DNA of 52,041 nucleotides from a virus (lineage: Duplodnaviria; Caudoviricetes). The stretch's first letter is position 1, and each line of letters begins with the position of its first letter. The stretch lies in the IMG/VR virus record IMGVR_UViG_3300025836_000002, positions 1 through 52,041 of that record; one strand, given 5' to 3'. Positions 10,229 to 20,777 of the stretch are shown in pieces. The notes beneath the pieces were generated by a model. That model was given only the letters and a program-made list of their open reading frames with translations, made no database searches and had not been told where the DNA came from. Position numbers and translations under genes: made by a program.

Positions 10229-10272
10229 AATTTCAGTTGTTTTTTATCTCCCCGTATAGGAGAGAGGTTAAA

Positions 10273-10521
10273 TTAAAGTTTCTTGATACATTTTGGACAA
10301 TTAATGTCTCTTGTGGTTTTGGCCCATCCATTACCTCTAATTCCCGGCTCTATTCCGCATAATGATTTATCAAACCAATCACCACCTATGTAGTCGGTTC
10401 TTTTCTTAATTGCGTGAATAATTGTTCCGGCATCTCTGTGTGCGCCATTAAATGCTCTCCCAGACTTATAAACATTGTCAATTTCCATCTCATTTATTTT
10501 TAAGTGTAAATCCCAATTCAT
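10273..10521 (-). CDS. Small zinc-finger-like hypothetical protein
   Basis: H...SLCG...INCPKCIKK. Confidence 0.55.
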   Translation of the reverse strand: MNWDLHLKINEMEIDNVYKSGRAFNGAHRDAGTIIHAIKKRTDYIGGDWFDKSLCGIEPGIRGNGWAKTTRDINCPKCIKKL

Positions 10522-11139
10522 TTAATTTTTAGTATTGTTTATTTTGCAAATATTAAAAATGCCCAATACGCTAAAATAGTGTATGTAAGTGTATATTTAA
10601 ATGCTTCGAAATACCAGGAAATTTCTGTTAATACTTTTATGGTTCGTTTCATTTGAAAAAGTTAATTATTTGTTCGGTTCTGAATTTTATCATCTCGTCA
10701 ATTTTAGTGATAATTGCCTTTTCACTATCATCAAATACCATATTTATTTCACCTGAAGGAGTCATTACATACTTGGGAATAAACGAAGATATTGCCTTTT
10801 GTTTTAGTGCTATGAGTCCAATGATCTCGTTATCTGTCAATATGGATTTGTGTATTTTTTCTTCAATTTTCATCGCTTCTGATTTTGTACTAAATATATT
10901 AAATATAAATGACTTATGCAACTAATTCAAGTTAATTTTATCCCCGATTAAATACAAATCACACTCTTTCCAATACTCGCCACTTTCGCCAATCTCACAA
11001 AATAGCCGGTTAAAACTGTCGTATTGCATCATTACCATTTTTTTATGATGACTTTCAACTTTAATCGGATAAAATCCGGATTCACGTTTTAAATGAAGGG
11101 TATCGCCTGTTGATGGGTCTTTAATATATCTCATTTTGA

Positions 11140-11390
11140 TTATTCTTTGGTTATTTTATACGCTGAAATCATATAATGACCGGAATAAATACCGTTAAAG
11201 TGTTTTTGTTCTGTCAGTTCGTCTGAATGAATATGAACACGTTCGCAATATTTTTCATTGTTTATACCTGCAACGATTGCATGTAGGCATTTTTTAGGAC
11301 TTTCCCAGTCGTATGAAGGAATTAATTCAACTGTTACCCTATCGCCTATTTGTAGATTTCCCATGTCCGTTAAATGTTTAAAGTTTTCCA
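11140..11390 (-). CDS. Hypothetical protein (probable start MENFKHL)
   Basis: The ORF-track extension to 11484 overlaps a promoter; AAAAACGAT motif precedes the ATG at 11390. Confidence 0.5.
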
Positions 11391-11434
11391 TCTTATCGTT
11401 TTTTAGTGATTCAGCTTCCTTGCTGTTTCTGGTA

Positions 11435-11486
11435 CAAATATAAATCAGAAAATAGCCGATCTGACAAAAGATGTTTTGTAACATGT
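11435..11486 (-). promoter_or_regulatory. Promoter with ACATGT boxes
   Basis: ACATGT..TTTG-N22-TATATTTG. Confidence 0.65.
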
Positions 11487-12173
11487 TTTAGCGTTCAATT
11501 TCCTCCTCTTCATATTTCGTGTTATCAATTTCACACGGATCGTAATAAGTGTCATTCAAATCAAATCTGCCGTTTTGAATCATTCGGCAAAGTTTCCATG
11601 CGCAAAATACGCAAATCAGAACAAATGCAATAAAATAAAGGTAGTTTAATGGGTTCATATAGTTTGCTTTAAGGATTATTTTTTATTTTGATGCAATAGC
11701 CATAATTCATAGAATTCAGCTTCTAATTTTGTTAAATCTGCCATAACTTTAAATTTTAATTGGTTCGTCTTTCCATCCTATTGATTTTCCGGTAAGTATC
11801 TCTATGGAACCATAGGGTAACGAAATAAAATGTTCCCATTCGACGGGTCTCCATTGTATCTCGTGTCTTTTAGGTTTTTCCAAATAGATGTATTCTTTTT
11901 TATCTTCATCAACCGCCAACCATGCCATAACTTTACTTTTTAGATTGTTCAATTCTGCCACACCTTAAACAAATACCATCCCGATATAAATGCCCGTAAA
12001 TAAGCCAACATTTAAACTTAAATAATCGGGTATGCTGTTGCAATACTTCAACACATTGCGTGTCTAATTTCGCCTGAATGTCGGCTTTTACTTTCTTTTC
12101 GATAGCTTGTGTTAATTCGAATATTTGTTCTTTGTATTTCATTTTAATTTGCTTTAAAGTTACTTAACTTCAG

Positions 12174-12863
12174 TTAATTATGCAAATAATCGTTTAAAAT
12201 TTCACGAATAATTTTTGCTTGCTTTAATGTCAAAATGTGCCAAAGTTTTTCTTCATTTATTTGTCTTGTTAAATATCCTATGATCAATTTTAAATCTTCG
12301 GCATTTTGCTTTTCCGGTTCGCATTTTACCTTTTCCATATCTTCATCGGACAAAGAATTAAACCTTTCCCAATTTTTCATACTTAACATGCTGTTATTTG
12401 TCCAGAAATGCTTTTTAACTTCCGATATCGATTCAGCTACCCATCGACCATTATCGTAAATAACAATTGACTTTCTGCCGTCTGTTGCAAGTTTTGACAG
12501 CCCAATTAACTGTAATCTGCCGGACTTCATTTTGTCCATATCGGTTGCTGTTTTGATCGTACAACCGGAAATAAAACCGCGCTTTCTGGCTTCGCTGATT
12601 AGGTATGATTGCCATTGGCCTTCAAGTCTTAATCTTTCTATCCCATTGTAAAAATTACCATATTGTTTTAAAAATTCAATATTGGTCCATGCTGGCAGAT
12701 TGATAATGAATTGCTTTTGCTCGTGTGATAATTCCTTTTTTGCCTCAACCAACTCGACTTTAAATTGTTTGCCGTCAAGTTCAAAAAATGTTGTTTTGCT
12801 CATTTTGTTTAGTTTTAATTTTGGTCTGCCAATGTTGTTTCTTTTACTTCGTGACCGGGACAT
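12174..12863 (-). CDS. Hypothetical protein
   Basis: Long ORF; real start probably MSKTTFF. Confidence 0.55.
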   Translation of the reverse strand: MSRSRSKRNNIGRPKLKLNKMSKTTFFELDGKQFKVELVEAKKELSHEQKQFIINLPAWTNIEFLKQYGNFYNGIERLRLEGQWQSYLISEARKRGFISGCTIKTATDMDKMKSGRLQLIGLSKLATDGRKSIVIYDNGRWVAESISEVKKHFWTNNSMLSMKNWERFNSLSDEDMEKVKCEPEKQNAEDLKLIIGYLTRQINEEKLWHILTLKQAKIIREILNDYLHN

Positions 12864-13078
12864 CCGTGTCCAAAATAATCAAATCCCTCGCATGGTTCGC
12901 CCATCGGAATTACTTTCCATCCTTTTGCTTGACATTCTGCAAGATATTGCCGTGCTTCTTTGTCGGTAGATTGACTGCCGTCATTATTATCGAAAATTTT
13001 AATTTTACGTCCTTTGTGATTTCTTAAACAGCCTTCGATGCTCATGCACATGTGATGCGTCATTCTTTTTGCTTCCAT
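12815..13078 (-). CDS. Conserved phage hypothetical protein, Cys-containing C-terminus
   Basis: KGWKVIPMGEPCEGFDY..GCPGH. Confidence 0.55.
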   Translation of the reverse strand: MEAKRMTHHMCMSIEGCLRNHKGRKIKIFDNNDGSQSTDKEARQYLAECQAKGWKVIPMGEPCEGFDYFGHGCPGHEVKETTLADQN

Positions 13079-13273
13079 TTTAAAATAATTTCATTGTTAG
13101 TTCTATTCTGTTTTCCTTGCTTATTTTCTTTCCCTTAACACACGCCAAAAATCTCAAAGTTTCAAAAGAATATTTCAAAAGTTGAACATTTCCGGCATGA
13201 TATTTAAACTTTCGCTTATCCCATCGCTTTATGATTTTTGCATTAAATCGGGATTGGGATGTATAGAAGGTGT

Positions 13274-13702
13274 TCATTTAATGTTATCATGAATATTCCC
13301 TATTACCTCATTTCTGCCATATGCAAAAGAAAGATCAAAATAATGATCATTTGTCGTCAGCCATTTATGGCTATCTGGTCTTGTTTCTTGTTTCATAAAC
13401 TTACCATTATAGAACGATACGGGAAGAAATACTTTTGAATAAACGTCTGTATATCCCAAAAGATCATCTTCAAATATCTTTGTGTCGTTCTTGTCTAAAA
13501 GTCCTGTGAATTGTCCAACCGTTTCGGGAATTACCTCAAAACCATCGAGAGGATCGCATCCGCCACCTAAATAAGCAAGATTTAAAACAATAGGCAGAAT
13601 AAATGATTTTCCTTTTTTCCATCCAACTCCGTGAATAAAATCACCTTCAACCCATTCTCCGTTATCAATTCGCTTGCCTTTAAATAGAAATTCTCGTTTC
13701 AT
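13274..13702 (-). CDS. YopX family protein
   Basis: REFLFKGKRIDNGEWVEG, TVGQFTGLLDKN..IFEDD, EVIGNIHDN. Confidence 0.9.
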   Translation of the reverse strand: MKREFLFKGKRIDNGEWVEGDFIHGVGWKKGKSFILPIVLNLAYLGGGCDPLDGFEVIPETVGQFTGLLDKNDTKIFEDDLLGYTDVYSKVFLPVSFYNGKFMKQETRPDSHKWLTTNDHYFDLSFAYGRNEVIGNIHDNIK

Positions 13703-14080
13703 AACCTAAAATTTTAATCCTTCGTTTAAATCGTTTTTATTTAATTGCCTCTTTGCCTCTTTATCGAATTCAGACCAGTAGAATGTATTGACAATCGAAT
13801 CTGGAAGTAATTGAACACAACCGCAAACTCGGTTTTTATTCATGAATTTGACAAAATCAATTAAGGCTTGGCGTTCTGATCGTTTGCGTGAGGTCATTTG
13901 CTCTTTATTTTTTAAATTCAGATTCAAATGCTGATATTATAGCAATATTTTCCATTGTGTCTTTAATTGGAACAATATAACTATCATCAAACATTATTCT
14001 GATTTTACCATTGTCGGTTTTTATTACCGTTATTTCAATTTTTATTTTTTCCATTTTTTATCGTTTTTTAAATTGCACTG

Positions 14081-14132
14081 TAAAAATACATCGAATATTA
14101 ATGCATTTCACAAAAGCTGTTTTTAAACATGT
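14081..14132 (-). promoter_or_regulatory. Promoter with ACATGT boxes
   Basis: ACATGT..TTTG-N22-TATTTTTA (variant -7). Confidence 0.55.
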
Positions 14133-14395
14133 TTTATCCCATTCTTTGCCATAAATTCAGCGTGAATCTGCATTAGTTCGGATTTGGTGTATGGTGCTTT
14201 TCCAAAATGGGTATCGCGGTGAATTTTACCGGTAATCGCAATCATATTTTTAATATCTAAAAGATTTTTACCAGTCCTCCCATTAATATGATGAATCGAG
14301 TTTGCAACAGTTCCGTCATTAGTTACCTCGCAGATAATATCTTCCAGTATTTTATAACCGAAATAGTCGCAATATACTTTTTGATACGGTTGCAT
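14123..14395 (-). CDS. HNH-like protein
   Basis: CEV..SIHHINGR..DIKNMIAI...H..H. Confidence 0.6.
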   Translation of the reverse strand: MQPYQKVYCDYFGYKILEDIICEVTNDGTVANSIHHINGRTGKNLLDIKNMIAITGKIHRDTHFGKAPYTKSELMQIHAEFMAKNGIKHV

Positions 14396-14815
14396 TTATT
14401 CGAGTTTTAAGTATGAATCTATGACGGTCTTTGCCTCATTCCATCCAATTGCAAACCCTGCGCAATATCCTTTGGCCCTTAATATATTTATGCAGTTAAT
14501 TTGATCCTGAACGTGTTCTGTGACCGCTTCGCCGTTTCGCTTATAAAGTACTTCGCCTTCTTTTTTTAGCTCAACGAATAATCCGTGAAACTCTCCGCGT
14601 GGTTCATAAATGGCAATATCCGGGAACCCTTTATTGCTTCGTAGTTTTGATGCCTTAACTGCTTGACCTTTTGTAAGTTTAATACCAGACATATCACTAT
14701 TAAAAATAATTTTAGGATATTGAACTTTTAAATAATCACAAATTGACTTATGAAGCGACTCTTCACTTTGCACTTTAAGCACTGTTTTTGCCCTGTGTGT
14801 TTTATGTTTATACAT
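14396..14815 (-). CDS. VRR-NUC domain nuclease (putative resolvase)
   Basis: SEESLH, KGFPD, GLFVELK, Q...LRAKGY. Confidence 0.85.
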   Translation of the reverse strand: MYKHKTHRAKTVLKVQSEESLHKSICDYLKVQYPKIIFNSDMSGIKLTKGQAVKASKLRSNKGFPDIAIYEPRGEFHGLFVELKKEGEVLYKRNGEAVTEHVQDQINCINILRAKGYCAGFAIGWNEAKTVIDSYLKLE

Positions 14816-14838
14816 TTGCTTATTTATTTACTTATTCG

Positions 14839-15159
14839 TTAAATTTGCTTTGTTTCTGCCTTAATGTCGGCTAATACGTCCCCTAATTCAATTACAAAAT
14901 AAGTTACTCCTTTAACTGCTCCCCATTCCGGCTTACCTGACCCAGTCCAAATGCCTTTACATTCAACTGTAATTTGTGGACTGTTTGCGGAATATCCGTT
15001 TGTGAATTTAACATGGCTAAACGGCCTGATCTCGTCTGTTGGCCAATATAATAACCTGTTTTGCCAATACGGCTTAATTTCCCGATACTCCTCCAGTTTC
15101 ACGCCCGACTTAATCAAGTCGAACCATTGCTTTTTTAATGTCAGCTTTAGCGTTTTCAT
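14839..15159 (-). CDS. ASCH/PUA-like domain protein
   Basis: LTLKKQWFDLIKSGVKLEEYREIKPYW..FTNGY. Confidence 0.8.
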   Translation of the reverse strand: MKTLKLTLKKQWFDLIKSGVKLEEYREIKPYWQNRLLYWPTDEIRPFSHVKFTNGYSANSPQITVECKGIWTGSGKPEWGAVKGVTYFVIELGDVLADIKAETKQI

Positions 15160-15347
15160 ATTTTAATATTAAATTTTGTTTGTCTTTGTCCGTTTCTTTG
15201 ATCATCTCAATTGCGCCCCTCAGAATTCGGTTATATTCTTTGAATGACATTGAACCTGGATTATCGGCAGCATCGCAAATTTCATCGAATGTTATTTTCA
15301 TGTTTCTTTGTTTTATCCGGTAGGAATTACCCCACCGGAATGGTTAA

Positions 15348-17732
15348 TTATTCAATTACGTTTCCATCAAGATCGATTTTTACGCTGCATTTTATATCTG
15401 CATCTGAAAATAACTGAAATTGTCCTTCTTGTTCGCACGCCGTCATATGGTTACGTTTATTTATTTCAAAGTAACTATCTTTTAGCTCGATTGAAATTGA
15501 CTTACGCCCCATCTTGATGGATTGAAAACCTTCTGAACCAATGCCACCAAATGGACTTAAAACAGTATCGCCACGATTAGAATACAAAAGTATAATTCTT
15601 TCAATTACGCCCAGCTGAAGAGGGCAGATATGTTTTTCATCTCCGTTTCCTTTTGCGTTCATATACTGTAAAGTATTCGTTACGTCAATATCCATCCATA
15701 CCGGCGAAGCGTAACGCTGCCAAACCTGGTGTGAATACTGTTCTGTTTTGCTATATTTGCTTTCCTGATCGTATCCCCAAAATTCATTAAATCCTTCGAC
15801 TGATTTTGGAAATGTATCAAATTGGTGCATTGGTACATAGTAAGTAAATCGAATATCATCTAACTGAATAGGCACTTCATTTACTTCTTTGGTCTTAAAA
15901 CAAAGCACTCTATCGGGTAATCCAGCGCGAATAATACTCATATCTTTTGTGACTTGTTTATGAGCTAATCCGATTGTTTTTGTCCTTACTGCTGCCAAAA
16001 GTGGATCTTTCCAAATCGTAAATTCAGAATGCAGGAACATATCTAAACTTTCAAAAATATCGCCAATCATCGCGCTAAATCTGCGAATTCCGATAAATCC
16101 ATCGCGTCCCTTTTGAGTAGGCAAATCCATGCAGTGAATTGCAATTATCCGACCTGGTTTAATTACTCGTTTTAATTCAATCGCCAAATATTTAAACTGT
16201 TCCACAAATTGATCATATCCGGTAACGTTTCCCATATCCTCGATATAATTCGAATAACAATATAAATCCGCGAAAGGTGGGGAAAAAACGATTAAATCTA
16301 CTGAATTATCAGCAACCTCTTTAATCCTTTGCACACAATCCCCGCGCATTAATAAAAATTTGTCCGTTTTTAAGTCTAATGAATTCATAGCATAATTTGT
16401 TAATTGTCCTTTTAAGTTTTTAGTAATTGCCTTAACCATATTCAACTGCATTGCTTCAAATGATTTTTGTTTGTCGTTTTGAATTTTCATAACATTAATC
16501 ATTCTGTCTGTTGTAACCATCCAACAAGTAACCTTTTCAGTTCTGCCAAACCTCCAGCTTCTACGCATCGCCTGAAATGCTTTCTCGAAACTAAAGTCAA
16601 TCGAATTGAAAATCTGATAACCGCAATTCTGATAATTCAATCCCATACTCGCAATTGATTCTTTTGTAATCAATATTTGAAAGTTGTTATGTGCGAATCC
16701 AAGTAGATCGGTTTCCTTTTTTTCGTTTGAATCTGAACCCTGAACATTTCTGCAATCATATCCTAATGTGGTCAGCTGCCTATAGATATTTTTGGCTTCA
16801 TCGTTCTGTTTTGTCCAAATTATAACCGGTTCAGTCTTTGGAATTGACTGGATTATTTCAATAGTTTTTTTAATACGTTCGTTCTCTGTTCCCCTTAAAC
16901 TGGAATTGTAATCAGTTGCGTTTACCGCAATACCTGGAAACATTACGCCTTCTGGCAATGGAGTTGATACCTGAACTTCTATTATTTCAAGTTCTGGCAA
17001 ATCGAATTCCGATGCCTCAAATCCGATATCTTTAGGATGTGAATACATGATAGCCCACGAAGAAACAAACTCATAAAATTTATCAACTGCATGGCCTTTT
17101 AAACGCCATTTTTGAGTCTGCTGCATATCGTTTACAAAGAACATCGCCAACATTTCATTATAGTTCATCGCGTCTAAAAATTGGCTATGATTACCTAATT
17201 CCATCGGGTCATTAGGCGATGGAGTTGCAGAAAAGCAAAACTTATACGGCGTATTCTTGAATTTTTCAATTAATAAATTCCGATATTTTCCGGATTCATT
17301 TTTCAAAATTGAACTTTCATCCAGACAAATACAACCGAATTGATCACAATCAATATTTTCAAGTTGTTCATAGTTTGAAATATAGACTCCTTGCCCGAAT
17401 ACGTCACTTTTAAGACGATCAACCGGAACATTGAATTTAATTCCCTGCTCAATTGTTTGACCTGATACAGCCAACGGAGAAAGGATTAAAGAAGGTTTTC
17501 CAGTTCTTAATGTGACTTGTTTTGCAATCTCTAATTGCATCGGAGTTTTACCCAGCCCAGTATTAGCAAAAATAGCGTATTTACCATGTTTTAACGCTCT
17601 GACTACCGTAAACATTTGAAACGGTTTTAACATCGGATTAAGTTCGCTTTCGTCAATATCGAACCCCGATACAATTTGCGTTTTTTGCTTTGTTTTTAAA
17701 AATTCTAAATAATCGTCTTTTACTTCATTCAT
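15348..17732 (-). CDS. SF2 (SNF2-like) helicase fused to an amino-DNA methyltransferase (N4C/N6A)
   Basis: GLGKT, LDESS, SATP, RSWRFGR helicase motifs, then FSPPF catalytic and PFGGIGS SAM-binding motifs in one ORF. Confidence 0.88.
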   Translation of the reverse strand: MNEVKDDYLEFLKTKQKTQIVSGFDIDESELNPMLKPFQMFTVVRALKHGKYAIFANTGLGKTPMQLEIAKQVTLRTGKPSLILSPLAVSGQTIEQGIKFNVPVDRLKSDVFGQGVYISNYEQLENIDCDQFGCICLDESSILKNESGKYRNLLIEKFKNTPYKFCFSATPSPNDPMELGNHSQFLDAMNYNEMLAMFFVNDMQQTQKWRLKGHAVDKFYEFVSSWAIMYSHPKDIGFEASEFDLPELEIIEVQVSTPLPEGVMFPGIAVNATDYNSSLRGTENERIKKTIEIIQSIPKTEPVIIWTKQNDEAKNIYRQLTTLGYDCRNVQGSDSNEKKETDLLGFAHNNFQILITKESIASMGLNYQNCGYQIFNSIDFSFEKAFQAMRRSWRFGRTEKVTCWMVTTDRMINVMKIQNDKQKSFEAMQLNMVKAITKNLKGQLTNYAMNSLDLKTDKFLLMRGDCVQRIKEVADNSVDLIVFSPPFADLYCYSNYIEDMGNVTGYDQFVEQFKYLAIELKRVIKPGRIIAIHCMDLPTQKGRDGFIGIRRFSAMIGDIFESLDMFLHSEFTIWKDPLLAAVRTKTIGLAHKQVTKDMSIIRAGLPDRVLCFKTKEVNEVPIQLDDIRFTYYVPMHQFDTFPKSVEGFNEFWGYDQESKYSKTEQYSHQVWQRYASPVWMDIDVTNTLQYMNAKGNGDEKHICPLQLGVIERIILLYSNRGDTVLSPFGGIGSEGFQSIKMGRKSISIELKDSYFEINKRNHMTACEQEGQFQLFSDADIKCSVKIDLDGNVIE

Positions 17733-17799
17733 CGTTTTTATCGTTTTTAGTATTCTGCAATATTAACTTTTAATTCCTTTGGTGTGTAGAAAACTGTTG

Positions 17800-18291
17800 T
17801 TAAACACGTTTATCAAAATTCAATTTTGCAAATTCTCCAAAATATTTAATTGCCATTTCGTCATAAACATGTGCTGCGTCTTCTTCGTTATTAAAAAGGC
17901 CAAAATAAATTTGTTTTCCATCTATTTGTATGTGTACTATCCATTTTTTGGTGCTCTTGTGCCAACATACACCCTTATAGACAGAAGAGTGATTCTTATT
18001 TGGTCCTCTATTCATTTGATTTTCGGATCTGGTACAAAACCTCAGATTTTCTTTCTGATTATTCAGTCCGTCACCATCTCTATGATCAATGTCTAATTTT
18101 AATGGATTGTCACCCATAATAAATTTGTGCATATACTGAAGATTCCGTTTACCATTAACCGTAACGCTTCTTGCTGCATAAAAAGTATTTTTACCCTTAA
18201 GTGCAAACCACTTGAACGCATTCGCTCTATCAAAATCACCATCGTCAACCAAAGCTACCTGTCCCTGAGTTAATTTAATCTCTTTCATCAT
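17800..18291 (-). CDS. HNH-AP2 homing endonuclease
   Basis: [45 protein letters not shown]; start trimmed to MMKEIKLTQG. Confidence 0.9.
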   Translation of the reverse strand: MMKEIKLTQGQVALVDDGDFDRANAFKWFALKGKNTFYAARSVTVNGKRNLQYMHKFIMGDNPLKLDIDHRDGDGLNNQKENLRFCTRSENQMNRGPNKNHSSVYKGVCWHKSTKKWIVHIQIDGKQIYFGLFNNEEDAAHVYDEMAIKYFGEFAKLNFDKRV

Positions 18292-19057
18292 TTTAATATA
18301 AATGCAAAGCCCCTCCGAATGTGTACCAGACAATCTTTGGGGCCTCATTCAACAATTAAGTTGAAATATCTTTATGATCTGGTACATCATATTGCAAATA
18401 TACAAAAAAATATTCTATTATAAAACATGTTTTCACAATATATGTGATATTCCCTGTTGCGATGCTCGCCGTTTTAGTATTCCCATGATTCGCTCCTGAT
18501 CTTTAATCTTTTGCGATATTTCAACTTGCATCTGATTCAATTCAATTAGCCGGAATCTCGTATTATCGTAAGCTCTTTGAATTTCAGTTTCCCTATTTTC
18601 GATTTTGGTTTTAAGATCGTCGGTCATATTTTACCTCTTTGAATATTCCATCTTCGCCACATTCCTGATCATATAGACTTAACCAGCAATTAAATTCGCC
18701 GTATTTGAAATAACACCCTTTGCAGTTGTTCGTTTCATCTGTTCCTGGTTCCGGAGTTGTTAATTTGACTTTTACCCCTTCAATCGTTTTAATTTCGCCT
18801 AATTTCATAATTATTTAGTTTTAAAATCATCACAATACCGATAATAACCACCATCATCATAATGCAGACCAGACGCACCCCACCTGTTTAAAAGCGGCAT
18901 CCTGAACATTACACGTTTACCTAATTTACATTTAGCATTTTCTTTGATCATTCCGTTTCCATCTAAGTGCGGCCATGTGAAATTTAAACATTCATTACAT
19001 TCTACTCGATTTGCTTTCATCTTCTAATTGTTTTAAAACTGATTCGTTGTGTTTGAT

Positions 19058-19300
19058 TTATACTCTCTTGTTCCATTTTTCAATGCTCCATTTTGCCACT
19101 GTTTCCGAATTTGAATGTATTCCACCGGTAATTATTGTTACGCGACAATCTCGATTACCGCACTTTATTTCAACCTGTCTTTTTTTGGTGTAATCATTAC
19201 CGATAAACATAATTTCTGGAGTGCATCCACAAAAAGGACACGGCAACATATCGTCAAATGTAAATTCTCCTGAATTTGAGTTGTAAATAGCTTGTTTCAT
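19058..19300 (-). CDS. Lar-like restriction alleviation protein
   Basis: LPCPFCG...C..C...WNKR. Confidence 0.7.
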   Translation of the reverse strand: MKQAIYNSNSGEFTFDDMLPCPFCGCTPEIMFIGNDYTKKRQVEIKCGNRDCRVTIITGGIHSNSETVAKWSIEKWNKRV

Positions 19301-19340
19301 TTTGCTTTTTGTTTAAATATTAAAAATCTTAATTGTTCGA

Positions 19341-20777
19341 TTAAAAGGGTTTATCTGGTTTTTCATTGTTGTAAAAATCTGTACTTGGTGTCATTTTCCA
19401 TGTTCCCGTTTCAATTATTTCATCATCCCACATTTTATTTATTTCTTTGTGGCAATTTACGATAAAATCCATTGTTCCGGTATTCCTACCTTTACCCATA
19501 ATGATTTGAGCTTTGCCTCTCATATCGATTTCGCCACCTAAGTTTTCGTCTTTAATAAATGAAAAGCCTTCTTTTTCTGGAATCCAAACCATGAACACAA
19601 TGTCCGCGGCCTCTTTGATCTGGCCGGACCCGCGAAGCCTTCCAATGGTAGGAACATGACTTTCTGAGTTTGAAAATTGAGAAAGTAATATAACGACAAT
19701 ATCCAATTCCTTTGCAATGTTTTTAAACATTCGGGTATTCTGTCCAATCTCTTCCTCGCGCCCCTGTTTTGAATCACCAGATACTAATTGAAGATAATCT
19801 ATCATTGCGACTTTAATGCCGTATTTTAGCACCATTTTACGAATTGAGGCACATATCTTTTGACTGCTTGCTGTGCTTTTATCGTCAAAGTAAATCGGCA
19901 GGCCGTCAAGTTTTGAAATATGCTTTTCAACTTGCATTATTGATTCGGTTCTCATCTTTTGAAAAAGCATGTCTTTTGCTGATATTCCTGATTCAATCGA
20001 AAGGATTCGACTTACTAACTGCTTTGCCGACATTTCTAAACTGTGAACATCGCATGGATAACCTTGCTTTGCGGCGTAATTAACAATATTTGTTGCTAGC
20101 ATAGTTTTCCCGTGTGATGATTCACCAGCGATCACAACTAAATCGCCTGGTTGCATTCCATGTGCAAAATTATCAAACTTTATAAATCCGGTAGGTATTC
20201 CGGTTGAATCTGTTTCGTCTTTTGCATTACTGGTCATTGTTTCGGAAATAGTCAAAGCAACTTCGCTAAATGACTTTACACTTTCAGATTCATCGCTTAA
20301 AAGTTTCATAAAAATAGCCTGAGCTGATTCGATTATTTCTTCGAGCTCTGTATTTTCATCGTATGCTGATTGTTGAAGCTCTGCACTCATTCGGATCATT
20401 TCGCGCCGTAAATATTTATCTTTTAAAATAAGTATCCAATGTGAAATATTTGCAACGCTTGAAACATTTGAAGTGCATTGAGTAATGTAAATTGGCCCGC
20501 CCACCTGATCGAGTATTTCTTTTTCTTTTAATCGAATTGTGACCGTTAATAAATCGATCTTTTTACCGGCCTTTGTCATTTCCTGAATTGTAGTACAAAT
20601 TTTCTGATTTTCTTCTTTGTAGAATAATTCAGGCTGGACCGGATTTAAAAGATAAGCATCTGATTCAATCATAAAGCAACCGATTATACCCATTTCGACA
20701 TCTATTGCCTGAGGTGGTATTTTCCCATAGATGCTAATATCGTATGGTTTTTTGTCGTTTCGTTTTTCGTATGCCAT
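19341..20777 (-). CDS. dnaB: Replicative DNA helicase
   Basis: PPQAIDVE, GIPTGF, AGESSHGKT, SLEMS, IDYLQL, LRGSGQIKEAAD. Confidence 0.93.
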   Translation of the reverse strand: MAYEKRNDKKPYDISIYGKIPPQAIDVEMGIIGCFMIESDAYLLNPVQPELFYKEENQKICTTIQEMTKAGKKIDLLTVTIRLKEKEILDQVGGPIYITQCTSNVSSVANISHWILILKDKYLRREMIRMSAELQQSAYDENTELEEIIESAQAIFMKLLSDESESVKSFSEVALTISETMTSNAKDETDSTGIPTGFIKFDNFAHGMQPGDLVVIAGESSHGKTMLATNIVNYAAKQGYPCDVHSLEMSAKQLVSRILSIESGISAKDMLFQKMRTESIMQVEKHISKLDGLPIYFDDKSTASSQKICASIRKMVLKYGIKVAMIDYLQLVSGDSKQGREEEIGQNTRMFKNIAKELDIVVILLSQFSNSESHVPTIGRLRGSGQIKEAADIVFMVWIPEKEGFSFIKDENLGGEIDMRGKAQIIMGKGRNTGTMDFIVNCHKEINKMWDDEIIETGTWKMTPSTDFYNNEKPDKPF

